A stretch of DNA of 64,000 bases. Source: Patescibacteria group bacterium. GTDB taxonomy: Bacteria; Patescibacteriota; Minisyncoccia; Phycocordibacterales; UBA9973. The notes beneath the pieces are model-generated. The model did not search any database and was not told the DNA's origin. It saw only the letters and a list, made by a program, of their open reading frames with translations. The stretch's first letter is position 1. Every line of letters starts with the position of its first letter. A program made the translations under genes and the position numbers. The DNA is taken from positions 776 through 64,775 of the forward strand of contig JAUPVQ010000012.1 of the NCBI GenBank assembly GCA_030916965.1. The letters run 5' to 3'. Positions 29,239-39,363 of the stretch are shown here, in pieces.

Positions 29239-29820
29239 TTAAAGAAAAAAATTTTTAACCTGATCTACAGAAGAATATATTTCAGCATTTATTCCAAATT
29301 CTTTTGCACTTTCTACGTTCTTGTGATCATCGTCCAGGAAAAGTATTTCCTCTTTCCTAATATTTTCTAATTCGTCATATATTTTTTGGAAAAATTCCAA
29401 ATCTGGCTTCTTTGACCCCAGATGCGCAGATGAATAAGTCTTGTCGAAGCTCTTTGCGAAACCCATTTTGTCTAGCATGTATGCAAATCTATATTTCTCA
29501 TTATTTGTAGCAACGAAACATTGAACACCTTTTCCTCTTAATTCCTGTATGTAATTAATCAATTCTTCATTTATTGTATGCTCGGCATTAAACCAATAAT
29601 CAAGAAATGTATCTACATCACCCTTCCACCCCCATAGAGACAAATGCGGTGCAACTGTTTCTTTAAGATCTGCATCGCCTACTAGGCAATTTTGAAATTC
29701 GCCATTAAAAAATGGTAATGTTTTGTTTATAGATATCCCATGCTCGCGCTCGAGCACTAGACTAAAACGCTCACCGTTTACGAGTACCCCATCAGCGTCA
29801 AAAAGTATTACTTTGATCAT
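29239..29820 (-). CDS. HAD-superfamily hydrolase (beta-PGM-like subfamily)
   Basis: Motif I VILFDADGVLV at the proposed start MIKVILFDADG (29820). The track ORF extends further and overlaps ndk. Motif IV LFLDDDHKNVESAKEFG. Confidence 0.75.
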   Translation of the reverse strand: MIKVILFDADGVLVNGERFSLVLEREHGISINKTLPFFNGEFQNCLVGDADLKETVAPHLSLWGWKGDVDTFLDYWFNAEHTINEELINYIQELRGKGVQCFVATNNEKYRFAYMLDKMGFAKSFDKTYSSAHLGSKKPDLEFFQKIYDELENIRKEEILFLDDDHKNVESAKEFGINAEIYSSVDQVKNFFL

Positions 29821-29866
29821 AAAATTTATTTTAACACAAAAAGCACCCGAAGGTGCTTTTTGTAAA

Positions 29867-30334
29867 CTACTTTTTGTGTTCTGCGTAAATAAAATCAGTA
29901 TCAATTTTTTGATACTCAAAAATTTCGTTAGATTCAAAAAATCTTTTAACCTCTATTTCACCATTCTCTATTGAATCTGAGGCGTGCACAATATTTGATT
30001 GTGTAGAAAGTGAGAAGTCTCCACGGATAGTACCCGCATTTGCCTCCCAAGCTTTAGTAGGTCCAACAAGCAATCTTAGAGCTGAGATTGTGTTTATACC
30101 ATCAACTGCCATTACAACCACAGGACTTGCTTTCATAAAATCACGAATACCTGGGAAAAATGGCTTGTCTTTTATGTGTGCATAGTGCTCTTCTAATACA
30201 GCATCTTGTATGCTGATCATTTTCATTCCAACTATTTTTAATCCTTTTTTTTCTATACGTGAAATAATTTCACCGATTAAATTTCGTTGCACTGCGTCCG
30301 GCTTGATAATAATCAAAGATTTTTCGTAAGTCAT
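29867..30334 (-). CDS. ndk: Nucleoside diphosphate kinase
   Basis: 155 aa. LIIIKPDAVQRNLIGEIISRIEKKGLKIVGMKM...NIVHASDS (active-site His). Confidence 0.9.
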   Translation of the reverse strand: MTYEKSLIIIKPDAVQRNLIGEIISRIEKKGLKIVGMKMISIQDAVLEEHYAHIKDKPFFPGIRDFMKASPVVVMAVDGINTISALRLLVGPTKAWEANAGTIRGDFSLSTQSNIVHASDSIENGEIEVKRFFESNEIFEYQKIDTDFIYAEHKK

Positions 30335-30406
30335 ATCTATTCTATATATATTAAATTAATAAGTACAAGCATAATAACAGAAATTATGCCTTTTTGCAAT
30401 TTAAAA

Positions 30407-33130
30407 TTATTGCCTATATTTATCCATTATTTCGTTCTCCACCTCTTCACGATCACGGCCATACTTGAGATATGACAATTCCTTAAGAGCTTGGACCATT
30501 TCCATATTACCTTTTGGTGGAGCAAATGTTGCTATATTGAATGGCTTGGTTGGTTGGCCATTGATGAGCATACTTACATAAGCATTGCGGTTGTCTATCT
30601 TCATAATATCTTTGGCTGTAAAGACTGGTTTGAATTTACTCTCGAGGAATTCAGCATCTTCAGCACCTACGCGAAATACTGCGAGCGAGCCAACGTTACC
30701 AAACACAGCGTTCTTAATATTATCTTCTAATTGGGAAATATATTGGTGTGCAACAGTAAGTGATAGTCGGTACTTACGAGCTTCGGAAAGAATTGATTCA
30801 ATCGAGTCAGTCGTAACATTCTGGAACTCATCGATATACAGGAAGAAGTCTTCCATCTTTTGCCCATACATATCTACACGAGAAAGTGCGGCCATCTGAA
30901 TTTTCCCTACTAGCAACATACCAATCAGATTAGCATTGATCTCACCAAGACGGCCTTTTGATAAATTCACTAAAAGAATTTTCTTATTATCCATAATCTC
31001 ACGGAAGTCAAAAACGGATTTCTCTTGCAAGACTACCGGGCGCATAATGTCATTGGAAATAAAATTGTCGAATTTGGAAGTTAGATACGGCACGAAGTTG
31101 GCAAGAGACTGATCCCCTGTTGTTTGTTCAGCGTTCATCCAGAATTGTTTAATAATTGGGTTTTTACATTTGGATAATTTCATATCGCGAAATGCTTTGT
31201 CGGAAAGGACACGAGAGATCTCCAATAGAGTACATCCACTCTCTGGGTCCTCCATTATCAGGAAAGCTGAGTTCTTGAAATACTGCTCAAACATAGGACC
31301 ACCACTTGTCTTCATATCAAAAAGCTTATTGAATATTCCCATCAATTCATTTACCACAAAAGTCTTTTGCTCAGGGTATTTAGGGTCAAACTGTAGCATA
31401 TTGAGTCCCATAGGGCGCGCAGTATATGCTGGGTCAAAGTAGATAACATCATCTATGCGCTCCTTTGGCACATAGGAAAGAATATCTTGGATGTCGGTAC
31501 CATGTGGGTCGATATAGCATACACCGTGGCCTGCCGCTATGTCCTGAGCAATCATGTTCTTCATGATTGTTGTCTTACCTGTACCTGTCTGACCTATAAC
31601 ATAGAAATGGCGCATTCGATCCTCTGGAGCAAAATGGATCTGTGTATCCTTGCCGCGATAATCATTGTGCCCAATCACAATACCCTCTCCACCCATTTCA
31701 ATAGGAGCAGGTGCAATCCCAGCTTTTGCTTGTTTGAGTTGAGGTGAATCAGAAATACCATATGGGAAGTGAAATATAGTTGCAAGTTCTTTTAAATTCA
31801 GTGGCATTTTCATTTCGTCGTCAAAAGTACGATAAGAGAAATTGTGAACCAAATGTGCAAGCTCTGCCCCAACTGGTCTCTCAAACAATAATCCATTTCG
31901 ATCTGCTTCTGTGAACTGGTTGAATGATGACTCTAAGTCTGAGAGAATTTGGCGTGCTCTATCTGCTGTACCTGCCGATGTGACTATACGGATATTTGTC
32001 GCCATAATTGTACTCTTCAATTTCTCTGTGATTGCCTCGACTGCGCGGTCGTTTGTCTTTTTATCTTCTTTATGTTTGCTTGCTCCAAAAAGTATTTCTT
32101 TTGCAAGTTTGCCAAACTCTTTGCCGACTTGGCGTACCATAGAGCTCGCTGTGCGCACAGACATACCACTCTTTACATCCTCTAGGATTATCCTGTATTT
32201 AGCAATTATGTCGTCATCCTCTGGGCAGATACTAAATTGAATACTTGCACCTTCGCCCTCCTTTTGCATCTTTGTAAAAACATTGAGGATAATATTGAGT
32301 GGGTCATGCTCTATGTTGTCGTAGAGTTTGATTGGGTACACATCGTACTTTGTTAATTTTGCCATAGATGCTGCTATCGCACCATTTTCTGTAAAAATAT
32401 TATAGTCATCAGGTAGTTCTACAATCTTTGCATGTGCGTGCACACCTAAAATTTGTTTCTCAAAAAGATCAGCTTTGTTGCTTGGGACCGCTGTATAAAA
32501 AATAAACTGGTCACTATTATTTGAAAGTGCGATTTCTAATGTGAAATGATTGCGTTCATAGTTGTGACGCCCTTCACCTACTGAATGCATACCTGCATAG
32601 AATTGCTCCATTGCAGAAAGCAATTCTTTCAAGCCCTTTTTATTGTCTTCGGTAGGTTCTGGGAGTGAGATCTCGAACAATTTCATATCCAAAGATTTAA
32701 ATAATGGTGTACCCTCTTTAAGACCAGGAACTCTTTTTGCACTATGTAAATACTGCACAAGAAACCGGTGGAAGTCATCGTCTAGGTGTGGGTTATTCAT
32801 TTTGGCTACCAATGCGAGAGTATTGCTTATACCCTTCTCAAGTAATATTCCTAGCAATTCTTCCATTTTGTGATCGTGGTTTTCTGGCTTTAGTCGCAAT
32901 ACTAGTGCCTCGGCTTCGTGATCTTTCAGCACAGCACTCTGATGCATAACCTCGGTAGGATCTATCTTGCGATATTCATGGATTGCATCATGAGCCAATT
33001 GTTCTCGCGTAATATCAGAACCACTCTCAATAATTTTTTGCTCACGCTCTTTTAACTGCGCGCGCAAATACGATAGCTCTTCTTGAGCATCTTTGAATTT
33101 CGGAGCATTATTAAAATTGAAACTTTCCAT
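30407..33130 (-). CDS. Large soluble FtsK/HerA-superfamily ATPase, VirD4/TraG (T4 coupling protein)-like, with a ~500-aa N-terminal region of unknown function
   Basis: 907 aa, no TM helices. Walker A YVIGQTGTGKTT...CYIDPHGTD. C-terminal TraG-D_C-like IDEFQN...ARKYRLSLTVAHQYISQL. Confidence 0.65.
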   Translation of the reverse strand: MESFNFNNAPKFKDAQEELSYLRAQLKEREQKIIESGSDITREQLAHDAIHEYRKIDPTEVMHQSAVLKDHEAEALVLRLKPENHDHKMEELLGILLEKGISNTLALVAKMNNPHLDDDFHRFLVQYLHSAKRVPGLKEGTPLFKSLDMKLFEISLPEPTEDNKKGLKELLSAMEQFYAGMHSVGEGRHNYERNHFTLEIALSNNSDQFIFYTAVPSNKADLFEKQILGVHAHAKIVELPDDYNIFTENGAIAASMAKLTKYDVYPIKLYDNIEHDPLNIILNVFTKMQKEGEGASIQFSICPEDDDIIAKYRIILEDVKSGMSVRTASSMVRQVGKEFGKLAKEILFGASKHKEDKKTNDRAVEAITEKLKSTIMATNIRIVTSAGTADRARQILSDLESSFNQFTEADRNGLLFERPVGAELAHLVHNFSYRTFDDEMKMPLNLKELATIFHFPYGISDSPQLKQAKAGIAPAPIEMGGEGIVIGHNDYRGKDTQIHFAPEDRMRHFYVIGQTGTGKTTIMKNMIAQDIAAGHGVCYIDPHGTDIQDILSYVPKERIDDVIYFDPAYTARPMGLNMLQFDPKYPEQKTFVVNELMGIFNKLFDMKTSGGPMFEQYFKNSAFLIMEDPESGCTLLEISRVLSDKAFRDMKLSKCKNPIIKQFWMNAEQTTGDQSLANFVPYLTSKFDNFISNDIMRPVVLQEKSVFDFREIMDNKKILLVNLSKGRLGEINANLIGMLLVGKIQMAALSRVDMYGQKMEDFFLYIDEFQNVTTDSIESILSEARKYRLSLTVAHQYISQLEDNIKNAVFGNVGSLAVFRVGAEDAEFLESKFKPVFTAKDIMKIDNRNAYVSMLINGQPTKPFNIATFAPPKGNMEMVQALKELSYLKYGRDREEVENEIMDKYRQ

Positions 33131-33137
33131 GTTTTTA

Positions 33138-33905
33138 TTATAACATAGTTAAAATTTCTGGCTCGTCTTTTGTGATTAGAATTGTGTGTTCGAAGTGTGC
33201 AGCCTTGGATCCATCAGCTGTGATTATTGTATAGCCGTCATTTAGTACTTCGATATTTGCTTTGCCATTTGTCAGCATTGGCTCAATTGCAATTATCATT
33301 CCTGGAATTAATTTCACGCCTTTACCCGCCTTCCCAAAATTGGGAATATAGGGATCTTCATGAATTTCTATCCCCACGCCATGGCCTGAAAGCTCGCGAA
33401 CGATACCATACTTTTTATTTACAAATGATTCAATAGCGTAACCAATATCCCCTGTTGTGTTACCATTCTTTGCTGCCCAGATTCCCACCATCATCGCCTC
33501 TTTTGTATCATCGATAAGTTTTTGATCCTTCTGTGAAATTTTCCCAACAGGTACAGTAATAGCGTGATCTGTAAAGTAACCCTTATGTTTGATACCAAGA
33601 TCTATACAAATAATATCCCCTTCTTTTAAAACTCTCCTTTTGCTAGGTATACCGTGAACAACTTCACTATTTGTAGATGTACACAAAGAGGCTGGGAATG
33701 CCTTGTGATGACCCTCTGGCTTGTAATTAAGGAATGCTGGGGTATCTCCACCCTCTTTGATCAGTTTATAGGCATATTCATCGAGCTCTGCTGTTGTGAC
33801 CCCTGGAGCCACCATTTTACCCACTTTGGCCAATATAGTAGCCAACCGCTTGCCTCCTTCCCGGATAATCTCAATCTCCTCTTTAGTTTTAATATAAATA
33901 GCCAT
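33138..33905 (-). CDS. map: Methionine aminopeptidase type I
   Basis: 255 aa, pita-bread fold. Metal ligands in DIICIDLG / GHGVGIEIHE / IEPM. Confidence 0.9.
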   Translation of the reverse strand: MAIYIKTKEEIEIIREGGKRLATILAKVGKMVAPGVTTAELDEYAYKLIKEGGDTPAFLNYKPEGHHKAFPASLCTSTNSEVVHGIPSKRRVLKEGDIICIDLGIKHKGYFTDHAITVPVGKISQKDQKLIDDTKEAMMVGIWAAKNGNTTGDIGYAIESFVNKKYGIVRELSGHGVGIEIHEDPYIPNFGKAGKGVKLIPGMIIAIEPMLTNGKANIEVLNDGYTIITADGSKAAHFEHTILITKDEPEILTML

Positions 33906-33949
33906 GTCAATTCATACTAGCTAATCCGAGCTAGTATTGCAAATAATTA

Positions 33950-34636
33950 TTATTTAATTACAGTCCCTATAAACGCTTGGCCATCGAGATAGTTTTTGAG
34001 GTTCTCTAAGTTTTTGCCATTCATTATGGCTACTTCTATTCCCTTCTCTTCAGCTTTTATGGCTGCTATTGGGTCGAATGGTGCGTTGAGACCTGGGTTC
34101 CACTCTGTAGGTAATATCTTACGAAAGTCTGCCCAATTTGAGTGCTCTATCTTTACTGCGTCAGGAAAAGATTTCGGGTCTTTGTCGTAAGCATAATCTA
34201 TATTTGAAAGATTGATGACCTTCTTTGCACCAAGAGTGATTGCAGTGTGTATAGCAGCCAAATCGCTACTGTTTCCCGGCTTCCATCCACCACCAAGCAT
34301 AACTTGCCTATCTGTAGTTGGTATCATATCAGGATCAAGAATTATTTTGTCATAAGCAAGCTCACCAAAAGCAACTCGTAATAGTTCAGCATTCAAACGA
34401 GTGCTTGCAATACCTATCCAATCGAGATCTGTATTTGATGGAGTAGTAATTATTTTTATTGCATCGAGATAATTTCGAGCAACTTTTCCACCACCAGTTA
34501 TGATTCCAAATTTATATCCTTTTGCAACATATTCTTTTATTAGCGAAACAAAATCAGGAATGAAATTTGTATCTATTTCATTAGGTGCAATCAAAGACCC
34601 ACCCAAAGAGATGATGATGTGTTTGTTGTCTTCCAT
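33950..34636 (-). CDS. pyrH: UMP kinase, archaeal-type (amino-acid kinase family)
   Basis: 228 aa. IIISLGGSLI...FGIITGGGKVARNYL...GIASTRLNAELL...MLGGGWKPGNSSD...IDYAYDKDP...FDPIAAIKAEEKGIEVAIMN parallels archaeal UMPK block for block. Confidence 0.8.
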   Translation of the reverse strand: MEDNKHIIISLGGSLIAPNEIDTNFIPDFVSLIKEYVAKGYKFGIITGGGKVARNYLDAIKIITTPSNTDLDWIGIASTRLNAELLRVAFGELAYDKIILDPDMIPTTDRQVMLGGGWKPGNSSDLAAIHTAITLGAKKVINLSNIDYAYDKDPKSFPDAVKIEHSNWADFRKILPTEWNPGLNAPFDPIAAIKAEEKGIEVAIMNGKNLENLKNYLDGQAFIGTVIK

Positions 34637-34637
34637 A

Positions 34638-35234
34638 TTAAATTCCTAGAGATTTAATAATTTCTGCATGCACTCCCTCTATCGATTGCTCACCATTTAC
34701 AATATGCATATTGTAACCTGGAATATCTTTGAAGTAATTCATAGATGGTACAACATTGTTTACATATTCATCGAAGCGCTTCTCTATACCCTCGTCACTG
34801 TCATCTGAGCGCCCACGCAACTTCATGCGTTTGATTGCTTCTTCTCTTCCAACTTTTATATAAATTACATGTACTGTATCACGGCTATAGAACTTCATTG
34901 CATTTTCAAATGATTCAGCTTGTGATGTTGTTCTAGGATAACCGTCTGCAATAAAAGAGGTATTTTCTTTCATACCTGCAATCAAGATATTTGCAAACAA
35001 AGTTGTTGTGAGGAAATCTGGCTGGAGGAAGCCTTTCTCTAAAGTTGTTTTGACCAAGTTGCCTGTATAACTCTCACTATTTATCAATTTTCTGTACTCA
35101 TTACCTGTTGAAGTAAATAGTACGTCGTCAGTCAATTTCTTATCTAGAAGGTACTTTTGCAAAAGTTCAACTTGAGTTCCCTTGCCAGAACCCACAATTC
35201 CAAAGAAAACAAATGTAAATGGTTTATTATTCAT
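34638..35234 (-). CDS. adk: Adenylate kinase
   Basis: 198 aa. P-loop FGIVGSGKGTQ. LID-less short form. Confidence 0.88.
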   Translation of the reverse strand: MNNKPFTFVFFGIVGSGKGTQVELLQKYLLDKKLTDDVLFTSTGNEYRKLINSESYTGNLVKTTLEKGFLQPDFLTTTLFANILIAGMKENTSFIADGYPRTTSQAESFENAMKFYSRDTVHVIYIKVGREEAIKRMKLRGRSDDSDEGIEKRFDEYVNNVVPSMNYFKDIPGYNMHIVNGEQSIEGVHAEIIKSLGI

Positions 35235-35286
35235 ATTTTTATTATACTATAAAATTAACATTAAAAAAGCCCCATTTAGGGACTTT

Positions 35287-36558
35287 TTAGTATTCTCTCA
35301 TTGAGAGTTGTGCTTCAACTTTCTTTATCAAATCAAGGACCACAGATACCACAATCAATAAGGCTGTACCTCCAAGAGCAAATGATGTAATCCCTGTAAT
35401 ACCCTTCATCACGAGCGGTAACACTGCGATAATACCTAGGAACAATGCACCTACAAGTGTAATACGAGTTAGTATGTTTGAAATGTATTCAATAGTTGCA
35501 GCACCTGGACGAATTCCTGGAATAAACGCACCACCCTTTTGCAAATTATCTGCAAGTTGCTTTGGATCAAATGTGATTGCTGTATAGAAATATGTAAATA
35601 GAAATACAAGAATAAAGTATGTTATAGCATAAGCATATGAATTGTTCACAAACCAAAGCATACCTTTTGAAATAGATAGTAATATACTACTTGTAGAGCT
35701 AGCTAGTAAGTTACCTAAAATCTGTGGGAACATAAGTATAGATAGACCGAAGATAATAGGGATAACTCCAGCTTGGTTAACTCGCAATGGTAAATATGTT
35801 TGTACTCCACCAGCATTGCCATAACCACGGACTTGCTTGGCATATGTAACAGGTATTGGGCGCTCAGCCTCAGATATCAATACTACACCTGCGATAATCA
35901 ATAATCCGACAACTAAGAAAATTATGTACATTGGTAACTTTGCAACTTCAAATGTATAAATAAATTGACTAATATTTTGTGGGATTGTTGCGATAATACC
36001 AGCAAAGATTATAAGTGATACACCATTACCAATACCAAATTCAGAAATCAACTCACCAATCCACATTAGTAACATTGATCCACCTACAACAATAGTTATA
36101 TTGGCAATCATTTGAAATGTTGTAAGGTCACCCAATACGCCTTGTTTTGAAAGTAAAAGTATCAAAGAAAATCCTTGAATTATAGCAAGTGGTACAGTCA
36201 AAATACGGCCATATTGAGTGAATTTCTTTTTACCTAGCTCGCCTTCCTCTTGATACATAGACTTGAGTCTTGGCACCATGATAGTGAGCAATTGCATTAT
36301 GATTGATCCTGTAATATAAGGTCCTACTCCAAGCATGATTATAGACAAATGTGAAAGCCCTCCTCCAGATAGAATGTTGAACGCTCCAAGTAATTGGTTG
36401 TTATTGATAACACGCTCAAGTGCTGTTATATCAACTCCAGGAATTGGAATATTTGCTAGAAGTCGGAATGCAACAAGAGCAAGAAGGACAAAAACAACGC
36501 GCTTGCGAAGTATCTTGTCCATAAAAATCATTCTTATTTTATTCCAAACATTTTCCAT
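35287..36558 (-). CDS. secY: Preprotein translocase subunit SecY
   Basis: 423 aa, 10 TM, conserved plug/TM2 region. Position downstream of rplO. Confidence 0.9.
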   Translation of the reverse strand: MENVWNKIRMIFMDKILRKRVVFVLLALVAFRLLANIPIPGVDITALERVINNNQLLGAFNILSGGGLSHLSIIMLGVGPYITGSIIMQLLTIMVPRLKSMYQEEGELGKKKFTQYGRILTVPLAIIQGFSLILLLSKQGVLGDLTTFQMIANITIVVGGSMLLMWIGELISEFGIGNGVSLIIFAGIIATIPQNISQFIYTFEVAKLPMYIIFLVVGLLIIAGVVLISEAERPIPVTYAKQVRGYGNAGGVQTYLPLRVNQAGVIPIIFGLSILMFPQILGNLLASSTSSILLSISKGMLWFVNNSYAYAITYFILVFLFTYFYTAITFDPKQLADNLQKGGAFIPGIRPGAATIEYISNILTRITLVGALFLGIIAVLPLVMKGITGITSFALGGTALLIVVSVVLDLIKKVEAQLSMREY

Positions 36559-36570
36559 TTGTATTTTGTT

Positions 36571-36999
36571 TTAAAGGATAGTTCCACCAGCCTTCTCGAT
36601 TTTTGTTCGAGCTGACGCTGACACAACACAACCTTCGATAGTTAGCTTCTTTGTGATCTCACCTGTACCCAATATCTTTACCATAGGTAGTTTACCACTT
36701 ACTTTACGTATAAGTCTTGCCTTAAATAAATCCCCTGGCTTAAGTATAGCACCTACTTCGAAAATATTTAGTGCTCCTACGTTTACTGGAGCTGGCTTTT
36801 GTTCTGTAGATTTGAAACGGTATCCACGAAGCTTTGGAAGCTTCTTGATCATATCACGGATTTCTGGGCGCTTCTTGTGACCAGCACGAGCATTTTGACC
36901 TTTTGTACCACGGCCCGAAGTCTTACCACGTGCACCACCACGGCCAACTACTCTCTTTGCTTTATTTTTTGTTTTTCTTTTTAGTGTGTGTAATTGCAT
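36571..36999 (-). CDS. rplO: Ribosomal protein uL15
   Basis: 142 aa. Gly/Arg-rich N-terminus GRGGARGKTSGRGTKGQ. Confidence 0.9.
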   Translation of the reverse strand: MQLHTLKRKTKNKAKRVVGRGGARGKTSGRGTKGQNARAGHKKRPEIRDMIKKLPKLRGYRFKSTEQKPAPVNVGALNIFEVGAILKPGDLFKARLIRKVSGKLPMVKILGTGEITKKLTIEGCVVSASARTKIEKAGGTIL

Positions 37000-37003
37000 A
37001 AAA

Positions 37004-37630
37004 TTATTCTTTTGTTACCTCTTCTGCTAATACTGGCTTAGCCTTGATACTACCTTTTGTACGAATTTGGTACAAAGCATAATATGTTGCACGAGCATTG
37101 TTAAGCTTGTTCTTACTACCTGAATTTATTTTTGCAGTTACATTTTTGATACCAGCAAGTGTAAGCATTTCACGAACAGTACTTCCTGCTACCAATCCTT
37201 TGCCACGGTTAGGCATGATTGCAACTGTAGAACTTGCGAATTTTGCAAATACATCTACTGGGATAGACATTTCTTTTGTTGTCTTGATACGGAACATGTT
37301 TTTCTTTGCAACACGGAGTGCCTTTGCGATTGCAAGAGCTGTGTCGTTACCCTTTCCTGTTCCGAGTCCTAGTGATCCCTTTTTGTCGCCAATAGCAAGT
37401 GCTACAGCGAAGCTCATACGGCGTCCTCCAGACACAACACGAGTCACACGACGGATAGATACCATCTTTTGGTCAAACTCTGGCTTTGGACGCTCGAAAG
37501 ATGCTCTTGGTTTGCGATGTTCCCCACCTGAGCGTGATGCTCCACCACTGTATGTACTACCTCGTCCTTTTGATGGAGAGTAAGCAGGCTTTGCTGTTGT
37601 TGTATTTGTTTTTGGTGTTTGTGTATCCAT
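37004..37630 (-). CDS. rpsE: Ribosomal protein uS5 (with an N-terminal low-complexity extension)
   Basis: S5 dsRBD plus C-domain (GGRRMSFAVALAIGDKKG...). Only 4 nt separate it from rplO, so there is no rpmD between them. Confidence 0.9.
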   Translation of the reverse strand: MDTQTPKTNTTTAKPAYSPSKGRGSTYSGGASRSGGEHRKPRASFERPKPEFDQKMVSIRRVTRVVSGGRRMSFAVALAIGDKKGSLGLGTGKGNDTALAIAKALRVAKKNMFRIKTTKEMSIPVDVFAKFASSTVAIMPNRGKGLVAGSTVREMLTLAGIKNVTAKINSGSKNKLNNARATYYALYQIRTKGSIKAKPVLAEEVTKE

Positions 37631-37639
37631 ATATTTATA

Positions 37640-37981
37640 TTAAAAAATTAGACCGCCTTCGCGTGCACTATCTGCAAGTGCTTTTACACGACCAGTGTAT
37701 TTAAATCCATTTCTATCGAAAACGACAGTCTTGATACCCTTGGCGATTGCTAATTTTGCAATTTCTTTACCGATATCTAGAGATCGTTCAGTTTTTTTAC
37801 CCTTTACTACTTTCATGTCATTTGCTGAAACAATCGTCTTGCCTGTTGTATCATCAATCACTTGAGCATAGATAAATTTGTTTGATCGGAATACTGACAA
37901 GCGTGGGCGCTCCATAGTACCAGTTACTTTTGTTCTGATCTTTTTCTTTAGTCTTATTCTTTTGTCTAGTTTTTTGTTCAT
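37640..37981 (-). CDS. rplR: Ribosomal protein uL18
   Basis: 113 aa. [20 protein letters not shown]. Confidence 0.9.
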   Translation of the reverse strand: MNKKLDKRIRLKKKIRTKVTGTMERPRLSVFRSNKFIYAQVIDDTTGKTIVSANDMKVVKGKKTERSLDIGKEIAKLAIAKGIKTVVFDRNGFKYTGRVKALADSAREGGLIF

Positions 37982-38016
37982 GGTTTTTCTTATACTTATA
38001 CTAAATCCTTATGCTA

Positions 38017-38592
38017 TTACGCAGCCTTTTTACCTTGCTTACGACGAACAACTTCATCGTCATAATGGAATCCTTTACCTTTGTATGGTTCTGGTTTCTT
38101 AAGGGCTCTTACACTTGCTGCGAATTGACCAACCATTTCTTTGTCGATACCTGATACTGTGATGTTGTTCTTTTCAGCTTTTACTTCAAGTCCAGTTGGG
38201 ATTTCAACATTTACAGGGTGAGAGAATCCTAATGCGAGCTTCAGTACTGTACCTGCAACTTCTGATTTGAATCCAACTCCTTCTAGTATCAATTTCTTTG
38301 AATATCCTGTTGAAACACCGTTTACCATGTTCTTTACATGAGATGCGTATGTTCCCCACAATGCACGGTTCTTTTTGTCATCAGCATTCTTTGGCACAAA
38401 TGTGATCTCATTGCCTGTTATAGCAATTGTAACATTACCTGGAAACTCGCGTGTTAGAGTACCCTTTGGGCCTTTCACAGTAAAAGTCTTGTCTGAAAGC
38501 TTTGCCTCCACTCCTGCTGTTATTAAAATTGTTTGTTTTCCTATACGTGACATAAAATTATTCTTACCACATTGTAAAGAGGACTTCGCCAC
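38017..38592 (-). CDS. rplF: Ribosomal protein uL6
   Basis: Two-domain L6. The likely true start is MSRIGKQ (about 38553). Confidence 0.9.
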   Translation of the reverse strand: MAKSSLQCGKNNFMSRIGKQTILITAGVEAKLSDKTFTVKGPKGTLTREFPGNVTIAITGNEITFVPKNADDKKNRALWGTYASHVKNMVNGVSTGYSKKLILEGVGFKSEVAGTVLKLALGFSHPVNVEIPTGLEVKAEKNNITVSGIDKEMVGQFAASVRALKKPEPYKGKGFHYDDEVVRRKQGKKAA

Positions 38593-38950
38593 CGACGAGC
38601 TCCTTGCGTGCTTCGCTATCTGTTAAAATTCCTTTTGGTGTTGTAAGAACCATAATACCTTGACCATGCTTCACTCTTCGGATCCCCTTTACTCCTGTAT
38701 ACATACGTCGAGAAGATTTTGAAACACGCTTAACATCCTGAACCTTTGGGCCATTTGCTGTGTAGATAAGACCGATTTCCAATACTGGGAAATTCTTTTT
38801 CATTTTCTTTGTAACGCTTGAGATGAATTTGTGGCGAAGTAGACATTCAGCAATAGCCATCTTGATCTTTGAAAATGGAACAACAACAACCTCGTGTTCA
38901 CGAGAGTTTGCATTCTTTATCATTTGTATCATGTTTGCGATTTGGTCCAT
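38564..38950 (-). CDS. rpsH: Ribosomal protein uS8
   Basis: 128 aa. MDQIANMIQMIKNA... Confidence 0.9.
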   Translation of the reverse strand: MDQIANMIQMIKNANSREHEVVVVPFSKIKMAIAECLLRHKFISSVTKKMKKNFPVLEIGLIYTANGPKVQDVKRVSKSSRRMYTGVKGIRRVKHGQGIMVLTTPKGILTDSEARKELVGGEVLFTMW

Positions 38951-38967
38951 ATGTTTTGTTTAAATTA

Positions 38968-39153
38968 TTACCAGCTTGATTTACGAACTCCAGGAAGCAT
39001 ACCATCATTGGCAAGCTCTCGGAAGCAAATACGGCAAATACCGAAATCTCGCATAAATCCACGTCCTCGGCCACACTTAAAACAACGATTTGTTTCTCGA
39101 GTGCTAAATTTGGACTTCTTTAGATGTCTTGCGATTACTGATGTTTTTGCCAT
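38968..39153 (-). CDS. rpsN: Ribosomal protein uS14, Zn-ribbon type Z
   Basis: 61 aa. [23 protein letters not shown] (CxxC...CxxC). Confidence 0.9.
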   Translation of the reverse strand: MAKTSVIARHLKKSKFSTRETNRCFKCGRGRGFMRDFGICRICFRELANDGMLPGVRKSSW

Positions 39154-39363
39154 ATATAAAAATATATCCCCTAATCTGGTGATGTCTCGCTTGTTTTCTT
39201 AAAAAGTCATAAACCTCTTAAGGAGAAAAGCGGATCAGCCAAATTAAAGAACTTCCCCTATACTATCAGATAGCCTCATATATGTCAAACCCTTTCACTA
39301 TCGAATACAAGGCTAAATAAAAAGGCTCCTTTCGAAGCCTTTTTTAATAAAAATAATTTTAGT

